From NCBI GenBank assembly GCA_963678065.2, contig CAXXVZ010000005.1:1200553-1264552 (forward strand): a DNA stretch of 64,000 nucleotides, written 5' to 3'. Below the pieces are notes generated by a model. It searched no databases and was not told the DNA's origin. It saw only the letters and a list, made by a program, of their open reading frames with translations. The position numbers and the translations under genes were made by a program. The DNA comes from Treponemataceae bacterium (lineage in GTDB: Bacteria > Spirochaetota > Spirochaetia > Treponematales > Rectinemataceae). This document shows positions 48,620-58,388 of the stretch, piece after piece; the first letter of the stretch is position 1, and every line of letters starts with the position of its first letter.

Positions 48620-49987
48620 ATGACGCTGCGCACCAAGCTTTTCGGCAAAACCTACGACTTCCCCGACCTCCGCGTTCTCATGGGCAAGGCGAACGAGGAG
48701 AAATCGGGCGACCGTCTGGCCGGACTCGCCGCGGAGAGCGGAGCGGAGAGGGCCGCCGCCCGCTTCGTACTCGCCGAGCTGCCGCTCAGGGTCTTTCGGG
48801 AATGCCCAGCCCTCCCCTACGAGAGTGACGAGGTGACCCGCGTCATACTGGACGGGCTGAACGAGACCGCCTACAGGGAAATCGAGGGCTGGACCGTGGG
48901 CGAACTCCGCGAATGGCTGCTCTCCGACGCGACGGGCGCCGAGGACATAGCGCGGATATCCAATGGCCTCAGCTCTGAGATGATAGCCGCGGTCACGAAG
49001 CTCATGTCGAACCTCGACCTGGTCTACGCCGCGAGCAAGATCCGCGTCCTGCGCCACGCGGTCAACACGATAGGACTTCCCGGCACCCTCTCGAACCGCC
49101 TCCAGCCCAACCATCCGACGGACTCTCCGGAAGGTATCCGCGCGAGCCTCTACGAGGGACTGTCTTACGGCTGCGGCGACGCGGTCATCGGCATCAACCC
49201 GGCGGACGACAGCTACGCCTCGGTGGCCCGCCTCCTCGACATGGCCTACGGCGTGGTCCGCGCCTGGGAGATCCCGACCCAGACCTGCGTCCTCGCCCAC
49301 GTCACGACCCAGATGCGCTGCCTCCAGTCGGGCTCTCCCGTCGGCCTCGTCTTCCAGTCCATCTGCGGCTCCGAGAAGGGGAACGCCTCCTTCGGCATCT
49401 CGGTCGGCATGCTCGACGAGGCTTACGCCCTCGCGAAGAAGTATTGCTACCCCGCCGGCCCCCACTACATGTACTTCGAAACGGGCCAGGGATCGGCCCT
49501 CTCCGCGGACGCGCACAATGGCTGGGACCAGCTCACCCTCGAGGCGAGAAATTACGGGCTCGCCAGGCGCTATTCGCCCTTCCTCGTCAACACCGTCGTG
49601 GGTTTCATCGGCCCCGAATATCTCTACGACAGCGAGCAGATCCACCGGGCCGGCCTCGAAGACCACTTCATGGGCAAGTTGTCCGGCATTTCGATGGGCT
49701 GCGACGTCTGCTACACCAACCACGCGCACACGGCCCAGAACGCGTCGGAGAATCTCGCCGTCCTTCTCGCGGCCGCCGGATGCAATTTTTTCATGGGCGT
49801 CCCCATGGCCGACGACTCCATGCTCTCCTACCAGTCCACATCCTTCCACGACACGGCCACCCTCCGGCGCCTCTTCAAGCTCCGCCCCGCCCCCGAATTC
49901 GAGGCCTGGCTGGAATCCATCGGCCTCATGCGCGGCGGCCGCCTCACCGAAAAGGCGGGCGACGCGAGCTTCTTTCTCTCAAAGTAG
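48620..49987 (+). CDS. eutB: Ethanolamine ammonia-lyase large subunit
   Basis: KANEEKSGD.LAG, RLQPNHPTD, GDAVIGINP, CVLAHVTTQ, YFETGQGS, NTVVGFIGPEYL, DVCYTNH. Confidence 0.97.
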   Translation: MTLRTKLFGKTYDFPDLRVLMGKANEEKSGDRLAGLAAESGAERAAARFVLAELPLRVFRECPALPYESDEVTRVILDGLNETAYREIEGWTVGELREWLLSDATGAEDIARISNGLSSEMIAAVTKLMSNLDLVYAASKIRVLRHAVNTIGLPGTLSNRLQPNHPTDSPEGIRASLYEGLSYGCGDAVIGINPADDSYASVARLLDMAYGVVRAWEIPTQTCVLAHVTTQMRCLQSGSPVGLVFQSICGSEKGNASFGISVGMLDEAYALAKKYCYPAGPHYMYFETGQGSALSADAHNGWDQLTLEARNYGLARRYSPFLVNTVVGFIGPEYLYDSEQIHRAGLEDHFMGKLSGISMGCDVCYTNHAHTAQNASENLAVLLAAAGCNFFMGVPMADDSMLSYQSTSFHDTATLRRLFKLRPAPEFEAWLESIGLMRGGRLTEKAGDASFFLSK

Positions 49988-49994
49988 GGCGATC

Positions 49995-50900
49995 ATGGAC
50001 AGAACCACCCTGGAAGCCATCGTCGAGGCCGTCGTGCAGGAGTTTGTCTCGCTGGCGCCGGCTTCAGGTCCAGACGCCCCGGCCGGGGCCGCTCCGGCGT
50101 TCCGCTCCGGCCTCGCTATCGATCTCCCCGACCGGACCGCGCCTGAGTCCCGACGCGCGACCGGCGTCGTCGCGGCCGCCGACCCGGAGGGCCTTGCGGC
50201 CATCATGGAGACCACGACTGCCCGCATCGGCGTCGGCAGGGCAGGCCCCCGCCCGAGAACCCGCGACCTCCTCCTCTTCCAGGCCGATCTCGCCGTCACG
50301 AAGGACGCCCTCGAGAGAAGCGTGGATCGGGATCTCCTCGCGGAGTTCGGCCTCTTCACGGTGAAGACTATGGTCGAGGGCGGGAAGGAAGAGTACCTCC
50401 GCAGGCCCGACCTCGGGCGCCGCCTCTCGGAGGAGGCGAAGCGGACCATTGCGGAGCGTTGCGTCAAAAGGCCCGCCATCCAGCTCTGTGTCGGCGACGG
50501 CCTCTCCGCCCGGGCCATCGAGTCCAATCTGCGGAAGATTTTCCCCGTCATCGCCGCCGGCTGCGCGACCGCGCGCCTCTCCTTCGGGACGCCCTTCTTC
50601 ATCGAGGGCTGTCGGGTCGGCGTGATGAACGACATCGGGGACATCCTCGAACCCGAGGTTCTCATCCTCCTCATCGGCGAGAGGCCTGGCCTCGGCCGCG
50701 CCGACTCGATGAGCGCCTACCTGGGCTACAGGCCTCGGGCCGGCCTCTCCGACGCGGACCGCGACGTCGTCTGCAACATCTATGACGGCGGCGGCGTAAA
50801 TCCCCTCGAAGCGGGCGCCTACGCCCTCCGCCTCGCCCAGCGGATGATCGCGGCGGGAGCCTCGGGCGTGAAGCTCAAGCTCATGGAGGAGAAATCCTGA
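49995..50900 (+). CDS. eutC: Ethanolamine ammonia-lyase small subunit
   Basis: T.ARIGVGRAGPR, YL.RPDLGRRL, DGLS..AI, LIGERPGL; N-terminal encapsulation helix LEAIVEAVVQEF. Confidence 0.95.
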   Translation: MDRTTLEAIVEAVVQEFVSLAPASGPDAPAGAAPAFRSGLAIDLPDRTAPESRRATGVVAAADPEGLAAIMETTTARIGVGRAGPRPRTRDLLLFQADLAVTKDALERSVDRDLLAEFGLFTVKTMVEGGKEEYLRRPDLGRRLSEEAKRTIAERCVKRPAIQLCVGDGLSARAIESNLRKIFPVIAAGCATARLSFGTPFFIEGCRVGVMNDIGDILEPEVLILLIGERPGLGRADSMSAYLGYRPRAGLSDADRDVVCNIYDGGGVNPLEAGAYALRLAQRMIAAGASGVKLKLMEEKS

Positions 50901-51556
50901 TGGCCCTCCTCGATCCCCTACCCGCGCGAATCCTCGCCGCCCGCCTCATCCCGAGAGTCTCACCTGTTTATGCCGCGACTCTCGGCCTCCGCCCGGAGCA
51001 GACGAGCCTCGGCCTCATCACCGCGGACAACGACGACGCCCTGTACGTCTCCATAGATGAGGCGACGAAGATGGCCGAGGTCGAGGTGGTCTACGCCCAC
51101 TCTTTCTACGCGGGGGCCCGCCACGCCTCCGGCAAATATTCCGGGGAGATCATCGCCATGATCGCGGGGCCCGATCCCGCCGAGGTCAGGGCGGGCATGG
51201 ACGCGGCCCTCCGCTACCTCGAGACGCGGGCCCTCTGGTACTCGGCCGACCCGGATGACGGCGTGACCTTCTTTCCCCACGTCGTCTCACAGATCGGCTC
51301 CTACCTCTCCGCGGTGAGCGGCCTTTCGCCGCGCTCCTCCATCGCCTATCTCGTGGCCCCTCCCCTCGAAGGCTGCCTCGCCCTCGACGCGGCCCTCAAG
51401 GCCGCTGCCGTAGAAATAGCGGTCTACACCGCGCCCCCCTCGGAGACGAATTTCATGGGCGCCATCCTTACAGGAGCGCAGTCGGCCTGCGAGGCCGCAG
51501 CCCTCGCCTTTCAGGATACTGTCCTCGACGCCGCGAGGCGCCCCATCCTCTATTGA
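50900..51556 (+). CDS. eutL: BMC trimer shell protein EutL
   Basis: SLGLITAD.DD..Y..DEATK.A.VEVVY..SFYAGA, YLVAPPLE, PPSETNF. Confidence 0.95.
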   Translation: MALLDPLPARILAARLIPRVSPVYAATLGLRPEQTSLGLITADNDDALYVSIDEATKMAEVEVVYAHSFYAGARHASGKYSGEIIAMIAGPDPAEVRAGMDAALRYLETRALWYSADPDDGVTFFPHVVSQIGSYLSAVSGLSPRSSIAYLVAPPLEGCLALDAALKAAAVEIAVYTAPPSETNFMGAILTGAQSACEAAALAFQDTVLDAARRPILY

Positions 51557-51585
51557 AGAGATCAAACAATGGAGCACAGAATACG

Positions 51586-53187
51586 ATGAACGATTTCGAC
51601 GCGGATCTGGTTTCCATACAGGAAGCGAGGCGTCTCGCCCTCGCCGCCAAGGCCGCGCAGGAAGAGTGGGCGAAGGCCACGCAGGAAGAGGTGGACCGCG
51701 TCTGCGCCGCCATGGCCGAGGCGGGGGCCGCCGCCTCGGAGCGCCTCGCGCGGATGGCCGTCGAGGAGACGGGCTTCGGCGTCGTCGAGCACAAGACACT
51801 CAAGAACCTGCTCACCTCGACGACGCTCTGGGAATCGATCCGCGGCATCCGGACCGTCGGCGTCGTCGGCCGCGACGAGGCGCGCGGCATCCTGCGCGTC
51901 GCCCTCCCCATGGGCGTCGTGGCAGCCCTGGTCCCGAGCACCAACCCGACTTCCACCGCCTTCTTCAAAAGCATGATCGCGGTGAAGGCGCGGGACGCCA
52001 TCGTGATCTCGCCCCACCCTTCGGCCGCGCGCTGCACCCTCGAGGCGACGCGCGTCATGGCCACCGCCGCCGAGAAGGCCGGGGCACCCGCTGGCCTCGT
52101 CTCCTGCATGGAGCATCTGACGATGCAGGGGACCGACGCCCTCCTCCGACATGGCGTCGTCTCCCTCATCCTGGCCACGGGCGGCACGCCCATGGTCCGC
52201 GCAGCCCACTCGGTGGGAAAACCCGCCTACGGCGTGGGGCCCGGCAACGTGCCCTGCTACATAGACCGCAGCGCCGACCTCGAATCGGCCGCCCGCCTCC
52301 TCGTCGCGAGCAAGGCCTTCGACCACTCCGTCATCTGCGCCACCGAGCAGGCCGCCGTGGTGGACAGGCCCATCGCCGAGCGTTTTGCCGAACTCCTTCG
52401 CGCACAGGGGGCGCACTTCGTCTCGGTTCCCGAGGCCGACGCGCTCCGGCGCTGCCTCTTCAGACCCGATGGCGCGGTCAACGCCGCGGCCGTCGGCAAA
52501 TCGCCGCAATTCCTCGCGCGGATGGCCGGGTTCACCGTCCCCGGCTCGGCGCGCATCCTCGTGGCCCGCCTGGAAACGGTCGGGCCGGCGGAGCCGCTCT
52601 CCCGCGAGAAGCTCACGACCGTCCTCGGATGGTACGAGGTCGATGGCTGGAAGGCCGGCTGCGAGCGCTGCCTCGAACTCATCCACTTCGGCGGGGACGG
52701 TCATTCGCTGGCCCTCCACGCGAAGGACGAAGAGGTCATCATGGCCTTCGGTCTGGAGAAGCCCGTCCACCGCATCGTGGTCAACACGATGAGCTCCCTC
52801 GGGGCCACGGGCGCGACGACGGGCCTCGACCCCTGCATGACCCTCGGGCCCGGCGGCGTGGGCGGCGCCATCACCGGCGACAATATCGGCGTCCGGCATC
52901 TTTTCACCGTGAAGAGCCTCGCCTACGGACTGCGCGAGGCTCCCGGACCCGCGATGGTCGCCGGAACCACCGCTGAGAGCCTTGCGGCCCGCGCCGCCGG
53001 GAGCCGGAATCCGGCGCCGCGTGCAGCTCAGGCCGGAGTTCCCGCGTCGTCGTCGCGCGAGCCCGCGGGGCAGGTCGCGCCGGATCCGACGCGACCCCGG
53101 CCGGGCACCGCGGGAGCGGGTGCGGACGAAATCGAGCGAATAGCGCAACGCGTGCTTGCGGAATTGCGAAAGCGGCAAGTACAATAA
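51586..53187 (+). CDS. eutE: CoA-acylating acetaldehyde dehydrogenase with C-terminal encapsulation peptide
   Basis: D.DL.SIQEAR, PSTNPTST, LATGG, GVGPGN, FD..ICATEQ, SREKL; Pro/Ala linker then DEIERIAQRVLAEL. Confidence 0.92.
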   Translation: MNDFDADLVSIQEARRLALAAKAAQEEWAKATQEEVDRVCAAMAEAGAAASERLARMAVEETGFGVVEHKTLKNLLTSTTLWESIRGIRTVGVVGRDEARGILRVALPMGVVAALVPSTNPTSTAFFKSMIAVKARDAIVISPHPSAARCTLEATRVMATAAEKAGAPAGLVSCMEHLTMQGTDALLRHGVVSLILATGGTPMVRAAHSVGKPAYGVGPGNVPCYIDRSADLESAARLLVASKAFDHSVICATEQAAVVDRPIAERFAELLRAQGAHFVSVPEADALRRCLFRPDGAVNAAAVGKSPQFLARMAGFTVPGSARILVARLETVGPAEPLSREKLTTVLGWYEVDGWKAGCERCLELIHFGGDGHSLALHAKDEEVIMAFGLEKPVHRIVVNTMSSLGATGATTGLDPCMTLGPGGVGGAITGDNIGVRHLFTVKSLAYGLREAPGPAMVAGTTAESLAARAAGSRNPAPRAAQAGVPASSSREPAGQVAPDPTRPRPGTAGAGADEIERIAQRVLAELRKRQVQ

Positions 53188-53212
53188 ATAAATTCTCCCT
53201 CGGAGGTTTCAA

Positions 53213-53530
53213 ATGGCTGAGCAATCTTTAATCGCCCTCGGCATGGTGGAGACAAAGGGGCTCGTCGGAGCCATCGAGGCGGCCGACGCCATGGTCAAGG
53301 CCGCCAATGTTGTTCTCATCGGATCCGAGTACGTCGGCGGCGGTTTGGTGACCGTCATGGTCCGCGGCGACGTCGGCGCGGTGAAATCCGCCACGGACGC
53401 GGGCGGAGCGGCCGCGAAGCGCGTCGGAGAGCTCGTCTCCGTCCACGTCATTCCGAGGCCCGACCCCTCCGTGGAGATGATCCTTCCCCAGAAGACCAAG
53501 GGATCGTTCGGCGGACGCAGGGACGCGTAA
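53213..53530 (+). CDS. eutM: BMC hexamer shell protein (EutM/PduA-like)
   Basis: [45 protein letters not shown]. Confidence 0.95.
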   Translation: MAEQSLIALGMVETKGLVGAIEAADAMVKAANVVLIGSEYVGGGLVTVMVRGDVGAVKSATDAGGAAAKRVGELVSVHVIPRPDPSVEMILPQKTKGSFGGRRDA

Positions 53531-53536
53531 TTCGCC

Positions 53537-54167
53537 ATGGGAGAATCGTTCCAATTACGGGTGTTCTCGTATCTCGACCGGATGCAGCCGCAGTTCGCGG
53601 CCTTCGTCGGCACGATAACCCAGGGCGATCTGCCCACCGCCGGCATGGCCTCGATGTACATCGAGGTGGCTCCCGGCAACGAGGTCTTCCGCCTCGTCGA
53701 CATCGCGGTCAAGACGACGGAGGCCCGTCCGGGCGCGCAGATCGTCGAGAGGGAATTCGGCATGTTCGAGATCCACTCGCGCTCGCAGGCGGAAGTTCTC
53801 GAGGCGGGGCGTATCGTCCTGGACCGCCTTTCCCTCCGGGAGCCGGACCGCATCAAACCCTTCATCGCCTCGGTCCAGATGATCACCAATGTGGATCCCT
53901 ATCAGGCTCAGCTCATCAACCGATTCAGGCGGGGCTCGATGATAGTCCCCGGGGAGACCATGCTCGTGCTCGAGTGCGCCCCGGCCGCCTACATCAACTT
54001 CGCCGCCAACGAGGCGGAGAAGGGCGCCTCGATAAAAACTCATCCACATCTCGGCGCTCGGCAGGTTCGGGCGCATGTGGCTCTCGGGTAGCGAGGCGGA
54101 GATCAGCCAGGCCCGCGACGCCGCGGTCAACGCCCTGGAATCCATCGAAGGCGTGGAAGGCCGCTAG
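53537..54167 (+). pseudogene. Stacking-type BMC trimer (BMC-Tdp, CcmP/CsoS1D-like), frameshifted by one extra base in an A5 run at 54034-54038
   Basis: LRVFSYLDRMQPQFAA, IEVAPG, VEREFG..EIH, LECAPAAY...AANEAEK; removing one A restores IKLIHISALGRFGRMWLSGSEAEI..ARDAAVNALE to TAG at 54167 (209 aa). Confidence 0.88.
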
Positions 54168-54168
54168 C

Positions 54169-54750
54169 ATGATCGTCACCGAAGAGGAATTGCGCGAAGC
54201 CTGGCGGAATGGCCGCGGAGAACTGCCCGACTTTCCGCCGGGCACGCGTTTCACTCCCTCGGCGAAGGATTTTCTGACCGCGATCGGCGTCAAGGAAATC
54301 AGGGCCAAGCGCGGTGCCGGCGGGATCAGGGTCGACGAAGCGCAGGCCCCGATCCCTGGCGCGGGCGCCGAGGCGAAGGACCGCGTGGAACTCCGCGCCG
54401 AAGAGGGGAAACGGCTCATCCTCACTTCCGTGGACGTGGATGGACTCGTTCTCGCGAGGCCGCAGACAGTCGTGATCCACCCCAACGTGACGGTCACGGA
54501 CGCGGCCCGCGAACGTCTCCGGAACGCGGGCATCAGGCTCGTTCCCTTCGTGGAAAAGCGACCCGACCCAACTCCGCCTGGTTTGCGGGACACCGCCGCC
54601 CCGGCAGCGGGTGCGGCGCCGGGGCCCCGGGTCGAGGATGCGGACGAGCTCTTCCTCACCGCGAAGAAGGCGATACTGGCGCGACTCGAGGGGCGCGCCG
54701 ACGAGGCTCTCGTCGAGGCTGTCCTCAAGCGCGTTATCGCTTCCCTCTAG
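54169..54750 (+). CDS. BMC-associated hypothetical protein with two EutT/EutQ-N-terminus-like modules and a C-terminal encapsulation peptide
   Basis: MIVTEEELRE...GTRFTPSAKDFL...GV; LILTSVDV...NVTVTDAARERLRNAGI; C-terminal EALVEAVLKRVIASL. Confidence 0.75.
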   Translation: MIVTEEELREAWRNGRGELPDFPPGTRFTPSAKDFLTAIGVKEIRAKRGAGGIRVDEAQAPIPGAGAEAKDRVELRAEEGKRLILTSVDVDGLVLARPQTVVIHPNVTVTDAARERLRNAGIRLVPFVEKRPDPTPPGLRDTAAPAAGAAPGPRVEDADELFLTAKKAILARLEGRADEALVEAVLKRVIASL

Positions 54751-54784
54751 TTTCGTCCTGGTTCGTCCTCGCGCGCTCCTAAAT

Positions 54785-56365
54785 CTAAATCTTCCGTCCC
54801 GGACTCGCGAGACCCCTCAGCATCACGCTTCCCTTCCTCTGCCCGGCCAGGTAGGGCTTCCCGGAGAGGAGGAGGCTCTCGACCTTGAGAGAGCGAAGCC
54901 CGGAGGGTTTCGTCGCGAGAGGATTCCCGTTCAGGATAACCATGTCGGCCAGCTTTCCGGCCTCGAGACTTCCTCGCTCCCTTTCGTCGAAACTGACGCG
55001 CGCCGCGTTCCGCGTGTAGAGGTTGAGGGCCTCCTGAACCTTGAGCGATTGTCCCGGAACGTAGTGGTTGCAGGCCGCCCAGATGCCCTCGATGGGATCG
55101 GGCACCGTGCAGGGCGCGTCGGAGCCGCCCGCGAGGACTATGCCCATGTCGGTCATGGCGCGGAGGGGGGAGATGTCGTAGGCGCGCTTCCCCATGATCG
55201 ACTCGATGTACTCGAGAGGCTCCTGATCCCACTGGAGGAAGGCTGGCTGGAGGGCGATGTGGATGCCGAGTCTCGCGCAGGTCTCGAGCCCCTTCCGGGT
55301 CGGCAGGCAGGCGTGGATGATGGTGTGTCGGTGATCCTCGCGGGGGAAGTCCGCGAGGGCCGCCTCGATGGCAAAAACCGCCTGCTCGAAGGCCGCGTCG
55401 CCGATAGCGTGCATCTCGATCTGGAGCCCGGCCCTGTTGGCCTCGACGCAGAAGGCTCTGACCCTTTCGTCGGAATAGTAGAGGACGCCCCTGGCCGATT
55501 CGGGTGGAAGGCCCGCGGCCGACTCGTATGGCTCGAGCATGGCCGCGTCGACGGAGCCGTAACAGCCGTCGAGGGCGGTCGCGAAGCAGCCCCCGATTCT
55601 CGGCAGCTTCCGCCTCAGAACCTTCCGCGTGTCCATGGTCTGGAAAAAAATGCGGTACGAGAGCGGGTTGCGCAGGCCCCGCGCGAAGAGGCTCTCCAGG
55701 GTCACGTCCATGTCGGCCGGGAATCCCACGCCGGTCACCGAGTGCACGAGGCCGACGCCGTAGCCCGCGAGCCTGTCGATGCCTTCGAGCATATTCCCCA
55801 GGGTCGCGGGGAGGGAGACCTTGCCCGTGGCGAAGTCCGTGACACGGAAGAAGGCCTCCTGCGTCATGAGGCCCGACTCCGCGCCAAAGCCCCTGAGCTT
55901 CCCGAGCTTTTCGCGGACGAGGGCGATGAGGGCGGAGTTCGCGATGCCGGCGTGGCCGTCGTATTTTACGATGAAGACCGGTTTGTCCGCGCAGACCGCG
56001 TCGATGTCGGTCCTCGCGATGAGCCTTCTCTCCTTTACGCTGTTGGGCGAGGCGCCGAAGCCGAGGACGAAAGAGGGGGATCGGTTCCGCACGAAGTCGG
56101 CAATCATGTCGCGGGCGGCGGCTATCGTCGGGGCGCCACGCAGGTCGAGGCCGGCGGAGAAGAGGGCATAGGACATGAAATGAATGTGGCTGTCCCCGAA
56201 AGCAGGGAGGAGGGCTTTTGTGCCCAAAAGAGTCCTCGGCGCGGCGGCGTATTCCGCGGGGAGGACGTCGCCTACGAAGAGTATCCTGCCCTTGTCCTCG
56301 ACCAGGAATCGGGCGACCCTGCCCGCCTCGTCGCAGGTTATCACGGAACCTTCATGGATTGTCAC
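54785..56365 (-). CDS. Metal-dependent amidohydrolase, YtcJ/NfdA-like (Amidohydro_3)
   Basis: PAFGDSHIH, DGH...ANS, HAIGD, RHTIIHA, GGSDAP, YTRNAA, GSLEAGKLAD; SD AAGGAGG. Confidence 0.92.
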   Translation of the reverse strand: MTIHEGSVITCDEAGRVARFLVEDKGRILFVGDVLPAEYAAAPRTLLGTKALLPAFGDSHIHFMSYALFSAGLDLRGAPTIAAARDMIADFVRNRSPSFVLGFGASPNSVKERRLIARTDIDAVCADKPVFIVKYDGHAGIANSALIALVREKLGKLRGFGAESGLMTQEAFFRVTDFATGKVSLPATLGNMLEGIDRLAGYGVGLVHSVTGVGFPADMDVTLESLFARGLRNPLSYRIFFQTMDTRKVLRRKLPRIGGCFATALDGCYGSVDAAMLEPYESAAGLPPESARGVLYYSDERVRAFCVEANRAGLQIEMHAIGDAAFEQAVFAIEAALADFPREDHRHTIIHACLPTRKGLETCARLGIHIALQPAFLQWDQEPLEYIESIMGKRAYDISPLRAMTDMGIVLAGGSDAPCTVPDPIEGIWAACNHYVPGQSLKVQEALNLYTRNAARVSFDERERGSLEAGKLADMVILNGNPLATKPSGLRSLKVESLLLSGKPYLAGQRKGSVMLRGLASPGRKI

Positions 56366-56445
56366 GGAATGCCTCCTTCTGGAGTCTCAATGTCCCTCGC
56401 ATCGGCCATTCGCGATCGGGAAGAGAGCTCCGGCCAGCCCGCGCG

Positions 56446-57576
56446 TCATTCCTCGATCTGATCCCCGGAAGCCTCCCGCAACACCTCCGCGTTCACGGCT
56501 GTCGGCGCGCAGGACTCGCGGGAGAAACGCAGCGCGACCTTGTCGCCCATGCGCGGCACCGCGAGGTTGGGCGCGTTGAAGCAATCGGCGAAGATCCTGG
56601 AAGATCCCGCCTCGACGACGAAGCGCACCACGGACCCGAGGAATTTCACGTTCACGACCTTGCCATAAAGGAGATTTTCATCGCCGGCATTCCGGCCCGC
56701 GCCTGCGCTTCCTTCCGCGCCTGCGATCGTGACCGCTTCCGGCCTCAGGCTGAGCGAGATCTTTGCGCCCGCGGAAGCCGGGAGTGGAGCGCGCGCGAGT
56801 ATCCTCTGTCCGTCCACATCGACGATTCCGCCTGCCTGGTCCACGACTGTCGCTGCGAGGAGGTTGAGGGTGCCGATGAAGGTCGCGACATAGGGCGTCG
56901 CCGGATGGTTGTATATCTCGAAGGGCGAGCCGATCTGCTCGATCAATCCTTCTTTCATGACGGCCACCCTGTCGGAGATGGAGAGCGCCTCTTCCTGGTC
57001 GTGCGTCACATAGATCGTCGTGATGCCGAGTCGCTGCTGGATGGCCCTGATGTCGTCGCGGAGGCGGAGTCTGATTTTCGCGTCGAGAGCCGAGAGCGGC
57101 TCGTCGAGGAGGAGGGCCGCCGGCTCGCAGGCGAGGGCCCGCGCGAGGGCGACGCGCTGCTGCTGGCCGCCGGAGAGCTGATGGGGGTAGCGGAGCGCAT
57201 ACTCTTCCATGTGTATGACCCCGAGCATTTCGTCGACGCGGCGTCCGATCTCAGCTTTGGATTTGCCCGCGATGCTGAGGCCGAAGGCGATATTGCGCCG
57301 GACGTTCATGTTCGGGAAAAGCGCGTAGTTCTGGAATACCATGCCGAGCTTCCGGCGGTTGGGGGCGAGGCCCGCGACGTCGGCGCCGTTCATGAGAATG
57401 CGTCCCGAATCCGGGGTCTCGAAGCCCGCGATCATGCGGAGGGTCGTCGTCTTGCCGCAGCCCGAGCCGCCGAGAAGCGAGACGAACTCGCCCTTTTCCA
57501 CCATGATGCTCAGGCCGCGGACCACGGTGTTGCGGCCGAAACTCTTCACTATTTCATGCAGTTCAAGAAAAGCCAT
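56446..57576 (-). CDS. ABC ATP-binding protein, PotA-like
   Basis: GGSGCGKTT, FQNYALFP, LSGGQQQR, LDEP, YVTHDQ; TOBE tail. Confidence 0.93.
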   Translation of the reverse strand: MAFLELHEIVKSFGRNTVVRGLSIMVEKGEFVSLLGGSGCGKTTTLRMIAGFETPDSGRILMNGADVAGLAPNRRKLGMVFQNYALFPNMNVRRNIAFGLSIAGKSKAEIGRRVDEMLGVIHMEEYALRYPHQLSGGQQQRVALARALACEPAALLLDEPLSALDAKIRLRLRDDIRAIQQRLGITTIYVTHDQEEALSISDRVAVMKEGLIEQIGSPFEIYNHPATPYVATFIGTLNLLAATVVDQAGGIVDVDGQRILARAPLPASAGAKISLSLRPEAVTIAGAEGSAGAGRNAGDENLLYGKVVNVKFLGSVVRFVVEAGSSRIFADCFNAPNLAVPRMGDKVALRFSRESCAPTAVNAEVLREASGDQIEE

Positions 57577-57599
57577 GCTCGTACTCCTGCTTCTGGATG

Positions 57600-58388
57600 T
57601 CAGTGCGTTCCCGCGCCCACGCCGGAACTTTTGTCCTTGCCGGTTTTCGTCAGGGCCTGGATGAGTCCGATGGCTCCCCAGGTGAGGCCGAAGCTCATGA
57701 TGGCGAGGGCCGCGGGCTCGTAGGCGCGGTTGCGCCCCATGAGGGCCATGTAGGGGCCGAAGGCCGGCCAGGCCAGAAGATTGGCGAGGGTGAGTTCGCC
57801 GATGACGATGGCCAGGGTGAGGAATGTCGCGGAGAGAAGGGCCGTCCTCAGATTCGGGAGGACGACGCGGAAGAGGAGGCTGACCCAGCTCGCTCCCAGA
57901 CTCTGCGCCGCCTCGGAGAGGCCGCGCAGGTCCATGGCGCGAAGCCCGGCGTCGACCGAGCGGTAGATGTAGGGGAAGGCGACGATCGCGTAGCCCGCCA
58001 CAAGGAGGGCCGGACTCGATACGAGGGCGAGAGGAGGCCGAGAGTAGGTCCGGATGAGGCCGAAGGCGAGGATGATGGGCGGGATCACGAAGGGGAGGAG
58101 GGTGAATATCTCCATTACGGGCTTGGCTTTCGGTACTTTCAGGTGGATCCAGATGGCCGTCGGCACGATGAGGGCGAGGCCGACGATGACCGTCAGGACG
58201 GCCATCTCGAGGGAGAAACTGAATGTCTTGAGGAAGACGGGGTCCGCGAAGACATTGTGGTAGGCGGCGAAGCTCAAGACCCCTTTCTTTCCCTTCAGGG
58301 AGAAGAGGAAGGTGGCCGCGAGGGGCAGGAAGAAATAGATCAGGCCGAGGAAGAACCAGAGCCAGGAGAGACCGGTCCGCTTTTTCAT
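57600..58388 (-). CDS. ABC permease, PotC-like
   Basis: LPFVIPPI, L.EAAQSLGA, V.LPNLR; ATGA overlap. Confidence 0.9.
   Translation of the reverse strand: MKKRTGLSWLWFFLGLIYFFLPLAATFLFSLKGKKGVLSFAAYHNVFADPVFLKTFSFSLEMAVLTVIVGLALIVPTAIWIHLKVPKAKPVMEIFTLLPFVIPPIILAFGLIRTYSRPPLALVSSPALLVAGYAIVAFPYIYRSVDAGLRAMDLRGLSEAAQSLGASWVSLLFRVVLPNLRTALLSATFLTLAIVIGELTLANLLAWPAFGPYMALMGRNRAYEPAALAIMSFGLTWGAIGLIQALTKTGKDKSSGVGAGTH

Noticed and set aside
51560..51585. ACAATGGAGC before eutE as an ANTAR (EutV) loop
   Set aside because: Flanks do not pair, there is no second hairpin or terminator, and it overlaps the SD.
53974..54168. 5' extension of the 258-aa ORF 53974-54750 as the true start
   Set aside because: It overlaps the BMC-T coding region; the ATG at 54169, right after the restored BMC-T stop, fits better.
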